25,239 nt of DNA, taken from Planctomycetota bacterium. GTDB taxonomy: Bacteria > Planctomycetota > Planctomycetia > Planctomycetales > Planctomycetaceae. The position numbers and the translations under genes are program-made. Positions 1 through 8,013 of the stretch are shown here, piece after piece (within the stretch, counting starts at the first letter, position 1; every line of letters starts with the position of its first letter). Location of the stretch: assembly GCA_041177585.1 (NCBI GenBank), contig JBEDAZ010000544.1, forward strand, positions 1-25,239, read 5' to 3'. The notes below the pieces were generated by a model, which did not search any database, was not told where the DNA came from, and saw only the letters and a list, made by a program, of their open reading frames with translations.

Positions 1-186
1 GGTGGCTGGGGTGCGAGGGAGGGGGTTTTCACTCACATCGTGGAAAACCCTTGCGATGCACGGGGAGGGGGTTGTTGCCGAGGTGATCTTTCCAGAAACT
101 GTGTTGTGGGGGATACTTGAGGGTGAACAGAGTTCGTGAGGGACCCGGAAGTACTCATTGATTGAACACAATTTGGGGCGGCGTGC

Positions 187-1425
187 ATGCACAGGGTGGT
201 GGTAGAGGAGGAATACAAGTTTGTTCCGCCGTACCGAGGTCGCTGGTTTTCGTGGCTATTTCGGCTGTGGTTGAAGCCGTTTCTGCGGCGGCGATATGGA
301 TTGGTGCGGTATGAGTACGAGGGATTGGAGCATTTGCGGGGGAGTCTGCGTGCTGGTCATGGGATTTTGTTGTGTCCGAATCACAGCCGGGATTCGGACC
401 CGATGCTGATGGGGATGTTGTGTCGGAAGGTGCCGTGTCACGTGCACAGTCTGGCGAGCTGGCATTTGTTTCGTCAGAGCCGTGTTGAGGCGGCGGTGAT
501 TCGGTTGCTGGGGGGTTTCAGTATTTTTCGGGAGGGGGTTGACAGGGAGGCCTTGGGTGCGGCGGTGGATGTGGTATCGACGGCGGGGCGACCGCTGGTG
601 GTCTTTCCGGAGGGCGTGATATCGCGGTCGAACGATCGGCTGCTGGGATTGATGGATGGTGTTTCATTTATTGCACGTGCGGCAGCGCGTCGACGAGCGG
701 CTCAGAGCCCGGCGGGACAGGTTGTGATCCATCCTGTGGGGATCCGTTATGAGTTGCTTGGGGATATAGCGGAGTCTGTGGGTGGTGTACTGAGTCGACT
801 GGAGGAGCGAACGTTTTGGAAGGCGCATGCGCATTTGCCTTTGCGGGAGCGGATTCGGCGTTTGGCATTGGCGTTGCTGGCGAGTCGGGAGGTGGAGGTT
901 CTGGGGGATTCTCGGAGTGGCGCGATGCGTCCGCGGATCCGGCATTTGATCAGCGAGGTTTTATGTCCATACGAGCGGCGTTGGCTGGGTGGAGCGCGGC
1001 GGGGTGACGCGGTGGGCCGGGTGAAGGATTTGCGTGCAGCGATACTCCCTGAGTTACTCCGGGGTGGATTAACGGCGGAGGAGAAATCTGAGCGCTGGCG
1101 GGTGCTGACGGACTGTTATTACGTGCAGACATTGTCGTTGTATCCGGAGGATTATCTGGACGACGGAGTTCGGGGGCGTCTGACGTCGGAGCGTCTGGCG
1201 GAGACGGTGCATCGTTTGGAGGAGGATTTGACGGATTCGATCAGTTTGCGTCCGGAGTGGGGAGTGCGGTTTCGGATTGGGGAAGCGATTGCAGTGGATG
1301 CGGGTCGCCGTGCTCGGGGTGAGGACCCATTGATGCGGCAGGTGCGGGAGGCGTTGCTGGATTTGCTTGGTGTGGAGGACTGGTGGCCGCCGGAGCCGAT
1401 TGAGGCGGTGGAGTCTGTGGGATGA
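187..1425 (+). CDS. 1-acyl-sn-glycerol-3-phosphate acyltransferase (PlsC/LPLAT superfamily), 412 aa
   Basis: Catalytic NHSRDSD (HxxxxD), FSIFREG block and VFPEG block III motif; long C-terminal extension. Confidence 0.88.
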   Translation: MHRVVVEEEYKFVPPYRGRWFSWLFRLWLKPFLRRRYGLVRYEYEGLEHLRGSLRAGHGILLCPNHSRDSDPMLMGMLCRKVPCHVHSLASWHLFRQSRVEAAVIRLLGGFSIFREGVDREALGAAVDVVSTAGRPLVVFPEGVISRSNDRLLGLMDGVSFIARAAARRRAAQSPAGQVVIHPVGIRYELLGDIAESVGGVLSRLEERTFWKAHAHLPLRERIRRLALALLASREVEVLGDSRSGAMRPRIRHLISEVLCPYERRWLGGARRGDAVGRVKDLRAAILPELLRGGLTAEEKSERWRVLTDCYYVQTLSLYPEDYLDDGVRGRLTSERLAETVHRLEEDLTDSISLRPEWGVRFRIGEAIAVDAGRRARGEDPLMRQVREALLDLLGVEDWWPPEPIEAVESVG

Positions 1426-1468
1426 TTGCCTGAGCCGCAGCCGGAGCAGTAGTGTGCGGCCGAGTGTC

Positions 1469-1490
1469 GAGGTTGAGGTTGAGGTTGAGG
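1469..1490. repeat. Hexanucleotide tandem repeat (GAGGTT)3GAGG
   Basis: Read directly; lies between the convergent stops of the acyltransferase (1425) and the LuxR-family gene (1493). Confidence 0.8.
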
Positions 1491-1492
1491 AC

Positions 1493-2182
1493 TCAGGCTT
1501 CGATGAGTCCTTCGCGAATGGCCCAGCGGCAGAGGTCAACGCGGTCGACGGCGCCGACGGCGCGCATGATGCGGTGTTTGTGGCTTTCGACGGCCTTTTC
1601 CGAGATTTCGAGTGCTCGCGCGACCTCCGCGACGCGGCGTCCGTCGGCGATGCGAAGGAGGACATCCCACTGTCTGTCTGTGAGTTTTTCCATTTGGGAG
1701 CTGGCGAGGCAGCGGAAGCGAGCACCGGAGCTGACTTCGACGCGGTGAGCGAGATGTTCGGAGAGCACGGGTTGACCAGCGGCAACCTGAGTGAGTTGCT
1801 CGCTGAGTCTTCGCATGGTTTCTTCGCGGGAGAGGAGGCCGGTGACGCGATTATGTGTGATGAGGTCGAGTTGGCGGTCGGTGAGTCCATCGGCGAGTAC
1901 GGCGACTTTTGTTTCGCCGAGGCGTACGGCGAGTTCGGTGAAGATTTCTCGAATGGCCCTGACAACGACTCGTTCACCAACCAGGACAGCGGTAGGTCTT
2001 TGTGAGCGGATGGCAGCGAGAAGATCTTCGGGTGAGGAGACGGAGAGGACGTTGCGAAAGCCACCGTAGGATTTGAGGCACCAGGCGATGGATTCGGCGT
2101 TCAGGCGATTGCAGTCAGCGATGACGGCATCGCTGTGATCGCGATTGGAGTGATGTTGAATGGTATCGATGACAGCCTGCAT
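1493..2182 (-). CDS. NarL/FixJ (LuxR-family HTH) response regulator with atypical receiver domain, ~229 aa
   Basis: C-terminal LTDRQWDVLLRIADGRRVAEVARALEISEKAVESHKHRIMRAVG...LCRWAIREGL is a canonical LuxR HTH. Start placed at ATG 2182 because AGGAG lies 7 nt upstream; the ORF-track start at 2236 is the alternative. Confidence 0.9.
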   Translation of the reverse strand: MQAVIDTIQHHSNRDHSDAVIADCNRLNAESIAWCLKSYGGFRNVLSVSSPEDLLAAIRSQRPTAVLVGERVVVRAIREIFTELAVRLGETKVAVLADGLTDRQLDLITHNRVTGLLSREETMRRLSEQLTQVAAGQPVLSEHLAHRVEVSSGARFRCLASSQMEKLTDRQWDVLLRIADGRRVAEVARALEISEKAVESHKHRIMRAVGAVDRVDLCRWAIREGLIEA

Positions 2183-2532
2183 GAGAGTGCTCCTGACAAA
2201 CTTTGATGTGAAACCCCTGGCACTGCGGGAAGGCATTCGCTAATGTCGGCCTGTCTTGCGTCGGGATCAACGAGAGGTGGAGCTTGTATCCGGAGAATCC
2301 AGGTATTCTCGACAGGGATTTCCCGCACTGACGAAGTACTGAGTACTCACAGCCGGGAGTCTCTTCGGGGGTGGCGGGCTGATGCTGCAGCGGAACCTCT
2401 GGAGTTGCGGGGGACCGTGCGTTCAACAGGGGTTTACCCTGGCGATGATTGCAAGCGGGAAGGAGTGAATGCGGGTTTTCGGGTGGATTTGGGTTGGCCG
2501 GGTGTGTTGAGGGAGTTTGGGGTTGGGTTCTT

Positions 2533-2556
2533 GACGGACAGGAATGTCCGTCGTAC
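2533..2556 (-). repeat. REP-like palindromic element (GTAC-GACGGACA-TTCC-TGTCCGTC on the minus strand)
   Basis: Perfect 8-bp inverted repeat (2533-2540 / 2545-2552) with a 4-nt loop, preceded on the minus strand by GTAC, one mismatch from the GTAG tetramer of REP sequences. Only one copy in the window. Confidence 0.5.
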
Positions 2557-2608
2557 CTTTTGGTGGGAAGATGGCAGATGGTGAGTGGCGGTAAGGAGTT
2601 TGGAGCCG

Positions 2609-4012
2609 ATGTCTTACGAGTTGCGTCAGCGGGTGCATTTGTTGATGGGCGTTTGTTTTTGGGTATTGTTGGCGTTGTGGGCGGCGGTGGGTATTAGTGG
2701 ACAGAGTGCCGGGAGTGTTGGTGGTTTGCGGGAGCTTGGAGGATCATTATTGCGCTGGTCTGCGGGGTCGGCGTTGGAGTTGCGGGCGGCGGGAAGTGAG
2801 TACGTATTGCTGGCCGCTGGAGACCCGGTGTTTTTGAAGCTGGCAGATGGTCGAATTGTGCAGGCGGGGAACATTCGCAGTGCATTTGGTCCGGCGATGG
2901 ATCCAGTGTATACGAAGGAGGCGTTGGTTCGCCTGGACCGAGGTTTGCTGGATTCTCTGGGTGGCGGGGAATTTGTGCTGGAGGCTCATTCTGCGGCGAC
3001 ATCTCTGGATGGTGTCGTGGAGACATTATTTTCTGCGGAGCGGCGGCAGGAGATCTCAGCGCTGCTGGCTCGTGACTGGCGGCTTTATGGGGACGAGATT
3101 TCCACTCGTCTGGAGCCATTGCTGCGGGAGGGGGCCGCGAGCGTCGCGTTGACGGTGGAGCAGGAGTTGCCGAAGGTTCTGGAGCAGCATCGGGAGGATC
3201 TTGCGGGTCTGGCGGACCGGTATCAGTCGGAGATTGTGCGGGAGCGGATTGTTCCACTGGTTCGAAAAGAGGTGTTACCGATTATTGAGGAGGAGGTGCG
3301 TCCTGCGGCGCTGGAGCTGGGCCGTGAGCTTTGGGACCGTGTGTCCTTGTGGTCATTTACGTGGCGATATTTGTATGACGTGTCTCCGCTGCCGGAGCGA
3401 AATGCGGTGCGGAGTGAGTTTGAGCGATTTCTGCAGAAGGAGATTCGGCCGGCGATTGAGGCGCGAACGGACGATTTTGTGAATGTGACGGAGCGGATTG
3501 TGGCGCGGATCAGCCGCAATGAGGAGGTGCGTCGGGTGATTCAGGAGAGTTTACGGACAGCAGCGGCTGATCCGCAGTTGCAGCGGGTGATTCTGGATGT
3601 GTTTCGCGAAGCGATCGTGGAGAACGAAGCAGTTCGGGAGTCTGTGCGTCAGTGGGTGCAGAGTGAGGAGGTGCAGGAGGTGTTTCAGTTGGCTGCGGTG
3701 CGATTTGAGCCGACGGTGCGCGAGATTGGCGACTTGATCTTTGGGAGCCGGGAAGCGGGGATTTCTCCGGAGTTTGCTCGAGTGCTGAGGACTCAGATTC
3801 TGCTGAAGGACCGTCGCTGGCTGATGCTGGTGCCTGAGACGTTGGGGGAATCGTCTGCGGGTGGTGGTGCGGGTTTGGTGGTGCCTCTGCGGGCAGCTTC
3901 TGCGAGCATGCCATTTCCGCTCAGCTTTGAGGGCCGTTCTCAGAGTCCGCTTACGCGTCCCGAGTCTGTTGGTGTTCCGGAAGCGGATGGTGGCGGGATT
4001 TCGGGCGGCTGA
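2609..4012 (+). CDS. Hypothetical membrane-anchored, largely alpha-helical protein, ~467 aa
   Basis: Long ORF with an N-terminal hydrophobic helix (HLLMGVCFWVLLALWAAVGI) and an E/R/L-rich helical body. ATG 2609 has AAGGAG at 2593-2598; GTG 2585 is the alternative start. Confidence 0.75.
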   Translation: MSYELRQRVHLLMGVCFWVLLALWAAVGISGQSAGSVGGLRELGGSLLRWSAGSALELRAAGSEYVLLAAGDPVFLKLADGRIVQAGNIRSAFGPAMDPVYTKEALVRLDRGLLDSLGGGEFVLEAHSAATSLDGVVETLFSAERRQEISALLARDWRLYGDEISTRLEPLLREGAASVALTVEQELPKVLEQHREDLAGLADRYQSEIVRERIVPLVRKEVLPIIEEEVRPAALELGRELWDRVSLWSFTWRYLYDVSPLPERNAVRSEFERFLQKEIRPAIEARTDDFVNVTERIVARISRNEEVRRVIQESLRTAAADPQLQRVILDVFREAIVENEAVRESVRQWVQSEEVQEVFQLAAVRFEPTVREIGDLIFGSREAGISPEFARVLRTQILLKDRRWLMLVPETLGESSAGGGAGLVVPLRAASASMPFPLSFEGRSQSPLTRPESVGVPEADGGGISGG

Positions 4013-5136
4013 GAGGTGTATTGGATCAGTTGTTGCAGGATTGTGTGGCAGCGATCGATGCAGTGTTCCCAGCGGCCGGTTTTCTGGAGGGTTTCCTGAG
4101 CGGTGTGGGCGAGTTGCAGTGTGGGGAGCGGGTTTCGCAGCTGATCTTCGATCAGGGAGGCGATGCTGTGGGGGTCATTGGGTGGGAAGAGCCGGCCGGC
4201 ATCGCCGTGTTGCAGTGCATCGATACAGCCGTCGACGGCGGCGGCGGCGGCGGGGAGTCCGACGGCGTGGGCTTCGAGGAGAACGTTTGGAAGTCCTTCC
4301 CAGGCGGAGGGTAGTACGAGCAGATCGGCGGATTTCATGAGACCGGGGAGGTCATTTCTCCAGCCGAGGAACTGGACAGCGGAGGGATCCGGGAGTGAGG
4401 CTGCGAGTTGTTCGAGTTTGCGGCGCAGCGGACCTTCACCGGCAAAGAGGAGGCGGATGCGTTTGGGTAGTTGCTTGCGTTGCAGCAGGCGGAGGGCATC
4501 GAGGAGGAGGTGGGGTGCTTTCTGAGCGGTGAGTCGTCCGGCACTGAGGACGACAAAGTCTGTCTCGAGGAGCGTCAGGGAGCGGCGGGGCACGGCGGGT
4601 ATTTGGAGGAGGGAGTCGACGTCAACGCCATTGCGAATGATGGAGAAGCGTGTTTGGGGAATGCGGCAGAGTCGAGCGTGTTCGAGGGCGACAGTTTCGC
4701 TGCAGGCGATGTAGTGGCTGGTGAGCCGTTGAGTCCAGTATTCCGGGAGTCTGACGCGGAGGCGGTGGTCCGCGACTCGGATCCCGGAGAGGTGGCAGGG
4801 GACATGAGCGAGTGTGGCGGCGATTCGGCTGACGATATTCGCCTGATGGAGGAAGGAGAGTACGGCGATGGGCTGGATTGCTTTGAGGACTTTTGTGAGG
4901 CGGGGCAGCGCGAGGGGAGCCGTGAGGTGGTGTGCGTGCAGGGCGGTGACGGGGATTCCGTGGCGTTGTAGTTGTTCGGCGAGAGGTCCTGGGTTGCGGA
5001 GGCTGACGGCGTGAACATTCCAGGCTTTGGCGTGGAGGCCGTGGGCGATGCGGACGAAGGCTTTTTCAGCACCGCCTTCATCGAGTTCGGTGATGACCAT
5101 AACGAGGGAATTCTCGGGCTGGTCGAGTGGTGGCAC
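3940..5136 (-). CDS. Glycosyltransferase family 4 (GT-B), 398 aa
   Basis: ITELDEGGAEKAF N-terminus, SIIRNGVD, SAGRLTAQKAP, FLGWRNDLPGLMKSADLLVLPSAWEGLPNVLLEA (EX7E motif). GTG start. Confidence 0.93.
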   Translation of the reverse strand: MPPLDQPENSLVMVITELDEGGAEKAFVRIAHGLHAKAWNVHAVSLRNPGPLAEQLQRHGIPVTALHAHHLTAPLALPRLTKVLKAIQPIAVLSFLHQANIVSRIAATLAHVPCHLSGIRVADHRLRVRLPEYWTQRLTSHYIACSETVALEHARLCRIPQTRFSIIRNGVDVDSLLQIPAVPRRSLTLLETDFVVLSAGRLTAQKAPHLLLDALRLLQRKQLPKRIRLLFAGEGPLRRKLEQLAASLPDPSAVQFLGWRNDLPGLMKSADLLVLPSAWEGLPNVLLEAHAVGLPAAAAAVDGCIDALQHGDAGRLFPPNDPHSIASLIEDQLRNPLPTLQLAHTAQETLQKTGRWEHCIDRCHTILQQLIQYTSQPPEIPPPSASGTPTDSGRVSGL

Positions 5137-5161
5137 GTGCAGGGCTCTTCAGCGGCGCGGT

Positions 5162-5189
5162 TTGGCGAACGGGGTCATGGTGATAGAAT
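5162..5189 (+). promoter_or_regulatory. Putative sigma70-type promoter for queA (TTGGCG-N16-TAGAAT, extended -10 TG)
   Basis: TG-A-TAGAAT at 5181-5189 and TTGGCG at 5162-5167, in the divergent GT4/queA intergenic region. Motif match only. Confidence 0.4.
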
Positions 5190-5255
5190 GGAGCAGAGTA
5201 CTGGGACGAATCATAGCAGAATCGCTCCTTTGAGTCCTGTTTTTTGCGGACATTC

Positions 5256-6371
5256 ATGAATCAGCCTGATTTGGATTTGTTGTCAGCGTGGCAGTTTGAG
5301 TTGCCGGCGGAGTTGATTGCCGACCGTCCTGCGGCTCGGCGAGACGATTCTCGGCTATTGGTTGTGGATCGCAGCCGAGGAGAGATACGGCATGCGTGGG
5401 TGCGTGATTTGCCGGAATTGCTGCGGGCTGGCGACTTGTTGGTGTTCAACAACACGAAGGTACTGCCGGCGCGTTTGTTTGGCGTACGGACGGCGACGGG
5501 AGGGCGTTGGGAGGGTTTGTATATTGAGCAGGATACGGAGGGTGTGTGGTCGCTGATGTGTGAGACTCGGGGCCGTCTGCAGCCTGGTGAGACAATTACT
5601 GTGATTCCGGCTTCGCGCTGGGCGCGGCTGCAGCAGGCGCCGGCTGTTTCACCTGGGGAGGCGTGTTGTGGTTTATCGCTGGAGCTGGAGTTATTGTCGC
5701 GGGGTGCAGACGGGACATGGCGTGCGCGGCCTCAGAGCAGCCGTTCGACGGCGGCGTTGCTGGAGGAATTTGGTTCTCTGCCTTTGCCGCCTTATATGAA
5801 GCGGAAGGTGGCTGACGCGCAGGATGTGGAGCGGTATCAGACCGCATTTGCGGCTGAGCCTGGCGCTGTGGCGGCGCCAACTGCCGGTCTGCATTTCAGT
5901 CCGGAGCTTTTGGATCGTTGCGGTGCGGCGGGCATTGGTCGCACTGAGGTGACTCTGCACGTTGGACCGGGGACATTTCGGCCGGTGACAGCGGATCGGC
6001 TATCGGAGCATGAGATGCATGAGGAGTGGTGCCGGTTGTCGGCAGGGGCGGTAGAGGCTATTCGGGGGCGTTCGCGTAGGGGGCGTTTGGTAGCGGTGGG
6101 GACAACATCGGTGCGAACGCTGGAGTCAGCGGCAAGGTGCGGCGTGGAGTTTCCGGCAGCATGGGAGGGGCGGACGAGTTTGTTCATACGGCCGGGGTTT
6201 GAATTTCGGGCGGTGCAGGGGTTGATCACCAATTTTCATCTGCCGGGTTCAACCTTGATCGTGCTGGTGGCGGCTTTTGCGGGTTTTGAATTGATCATGG
6301 AGGCGTATCGGCAGGCGATCGCGGAGCGGTATCGGTTTTACAGTTATGGGGACGCGATGTTGATCGTGTGA
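5256..6371 (+). CDS. queA: tRNA preQ1(34) S-adenosylmethionine ribosyltransferase-isomerase QueA, ~371 aa
   Basis: FELPAELIA..P...RDDSRLL, LVFNNTKVLPARL, LPLPPYM, RYQTAFA, GAVAAPTAGLHF, TLHVGPGTFRPV, VAVGTTSVRTLE, LITNFHLPGSTL, YRFYSYGDAMLI. Start placed at ATG 5256 rather than TTG 5244. Confidence 0.98.
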   Translation: MNQPDLDLLSAWQFELPAELIADRPAARRDDSRLLVVDRSRGEIRHAWVRDLPELLRAGDLLVFNNTKVLPARLFGVRTATGGRWEGLYIEQDTEGVWSLMCETRGRLQPGETITVIPASRWARLQQAPAVSPGEACCGLSLELELLSRGADGTWRARPQSSRSTAALLEEFGSLPLPPYMKRKVADAQDVERYQTAFAAEPGAVAAPTAGLHFSPELLDRCGAAGIGRTEVTLHVGPGTFRPVTADRLSEHEMHEEWCRLSAGAVEAIRGRSRRGRLVAVGTTSVRTLESAARCGVEFPAAWEGRTSLFIRPGFEFRAVQGLITNFHLPGSTLIVLVAAFAGFELIMEAYRQAIAERYRFYSYGDAMLIV

Positions 6372-6396
6372 CGTGTGGGAGCGACGTTTATTTCTG

Positions 6397-7305
6397 CTAT
6401 TTCTGTGGGATACCGGGTTCAGGTTTTCCGTTGGTGGTGAGGATTTGGAAGGAGTGGACGCCGGCAGCGAGTGGGTGATCGCTGGTCCAGACGATTTTGC
6501 GTTCCGGAGTGACTTCGACCATAGAGACACCGGTGTTGGCGGCATGGCTCCCGACGACAGTATTTCCATTGGCCAGTCGCTGGCAGCCACAGGGGTCGCG
6601 GAAGAGGCCATTGACATCGTTGTTGTCGACTTTCCAGACGATATCGCCGTGCTGGTTCAGTTCCACGACTTTGTTGCCGTGAGTGAGGGAGACGAGGGTG
6701 TTGCCGTTATCGAGTCGGATGGCGGTGAAGGGCCAGTTTTCGGCAGGTCTGCCGCCGATGGATTCGAGATCGGTGCGGAGGGTGTGTGTGACCTGGCCAG
6801 CGGGAGTGTATTCCTTGACGGCGAAGGCGAGCAGGTGTGGGACGAGGAAGTTGCCGTTGCGGAGTTGGCGGGCCATACGGGTCTGCATGTGCGCGTTGTC
6901 GGTTTCGGGCTGCAGTGGGACTTCGTGGGCGAGCTCGCCTGAGGGTTTGACTTCGAGAAGCCGGGGTTTGGGGCCCAGTTCTGTGAGGAGGGTATTGCCA
7001 TTGTAGAGCCGCTGGGTGGTGCCGATTTCGCGGTTGGGTTCAGAGAGTTTGCGGCTGAAGACAACCTGGCCGTCGCGGGTGAATTCTTCAACGCGGTTAC
7101 TGAAGGCGACGAGGACGTTGCCATTGGGAAGGACAAAGCCATCGCGGGAGCCGCCGGCGGTTTCCCAGATGGTGCTGCCGTCTTCGCCGATAATTGCGGT
7201 CTTAGCGCCAAGGACGAGCATGGAGTGGCGGATGTCGTCGGCGGCTGTGGAAGCGGGAGCGAGTGCGGTGAAGGCGAGAATGAATGTTGTGATGAGATTT
7301 CGCAT
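6397..7305 (-). CDS. Secreted beta-propeller repeat protein (PQQ-like/arylsulfotransferase-like fold), 302 aa
   Basis: Sec signal peptide MRNLITTFILAFTALAPASTAA; five blade-like repeats (VLPNGNVLV, RLYNGNTLL, QLRNGNFLV, RLDNGNTLV, RLANGNTVV) and W-containing IIWET/IVWKV/IVWTS turns. Confidence 0.8.
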   Translation of the reverse strand: MRNLITTFILAFTALAPASTAADDIRHSMLVLGAKTAIIGEDGSTIWETAGGSRDGFVLPNGNVLVAFSNRVEEFTRDGQVVFSRKLSEPNREIGTTQRLYNGNTLLTELGPKPRLLEVKPSGELAHEVPLQPETDNAHMQTRMARQLRNGNFLVPHLLAFAVKEYTPAGQVTHTLRTDLESIGGRPAENWPFTAIRLDNGNTLVSLTHGNKVVELNQHGDIVWKVDNNDVNGLFRDPCGCQRLANGNTVVGSHAANTGVSMVEVTPERKIVWTSDHPLAAGVHSFQILTTNGKPEPGIPQK

Positions 7306-7352
7306 GTGAAGTGTGACTCCGAGGATTCGCGAGGCTGACGATGGTGCTGGTT

Positions 7353-7967
7353 TTATTGTTTGAGGAATACAAGCAGGCCATCGAGGATCATTTGGACGGC
7401 CATCATGATGAGCAGCATGCCCATAAGCCGCTCGAGTGCTCGGGAGCCGCGGGTACCGAGGAGGGCGTGGATGCGGGGTGAGAGAGCGAGGATGACGGAC
7501 GATAGAGTGCAGGCAATAAGGACGGCAAGGCTGACGAGGAGTTGGTTTTGTTTTTGTGCGAGGAGGAGGATCAGGGAGATGGTGCCTGGTCCGGCGAGCA
7601 GTGGGATGGCGATGGGGACTATGACAGGGTCGGCGACATCTTCTTCATCGAGTATTTTTTTGGCGGGGAACATCATGCCGATGGCGATCATGAAGAGGAC
7701 GATGCCGCCGGCGATACCGAGGGAGGAGGTTTGGAGTCCGAGGGCATTCATGACGGTGTGGCCGGCAAAGACTGCGGCTTCGAGGATACCGAGTGCGATG
7801 AGACTTTCTCGGAGCATGATGCGGCGGCGCGTGGCGGGGGAGCGGTCCTTCAGCAAAGTATTGATGAGCACGAGGTTGCCGAAGGGGTCGAGAACAATGA
7901 ACAGGAGCAGGATCATCTGGAACATGGGTCTTCCGCCGGCGGAATCAGGATCGGCCTGAGAGTTCAT
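7353..7967 (-). CDS. MarC family integral membrane protein, 204 aa
   Basis: LFIVLDPFGN, IAGGIVLFMIAIGM, IVPIAIPLLAGPGTI, LERLMGMLL..MAVQMILDGL; about 6 hydrophobic helices. Confidence 0.93.
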   Translation of the reverse strand: MNSQADPDSAGGRPMFQMILLLFIVLDPFGNLVLINTLLKDRSPATRRRIMLRESLIALGILEAAVFAGHTVMNALGLQTSSLGIAGGIVLFMIAIGMMFPAKKILDEEDVADPVIVPIAIPLLAGPGTISLILLLAQKQNQLLVSLAVLIACTLSSVILALSPRIHALLGTRGSRALERLMGMLLIMMAVQMILDGLLVFLKQ

Positions 7968-8013
7968 CCGGGAGAATGATAGTCAGTCGGGTATGGCGGC
8001 GGGGATGGGAGAT

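Noticed and set aside
23-50. Hairpin GGGTTTTC-AC-TCACATC-GT-G-GAAAACCC
   Set aside because: A real inverted repeat, but with no U-tract and no upstream context, so no function can be assigned.
1469-1490. (GAGGTT)n as a phase-variation tract
   Set aside because: It is short, lies downstream of two convergent stops, and has a unit length that is a multiple of 3, so it has no clear regulatory effect.
1069-2064. Long alternative ORFs 1069-2064 (-) and 1367-2005 (+)
   Set aside because: Out-of-frame or antisense shadows of the acyltransferase and LuxR genes with S/P- or E/G-biased composition; no motifs.
4237-4251. (GGC)5 encoding AAAAA in GT4
   Set aside because: It occupies the usual GLPVVAT..G position without changing the length, so it is not an expansion.
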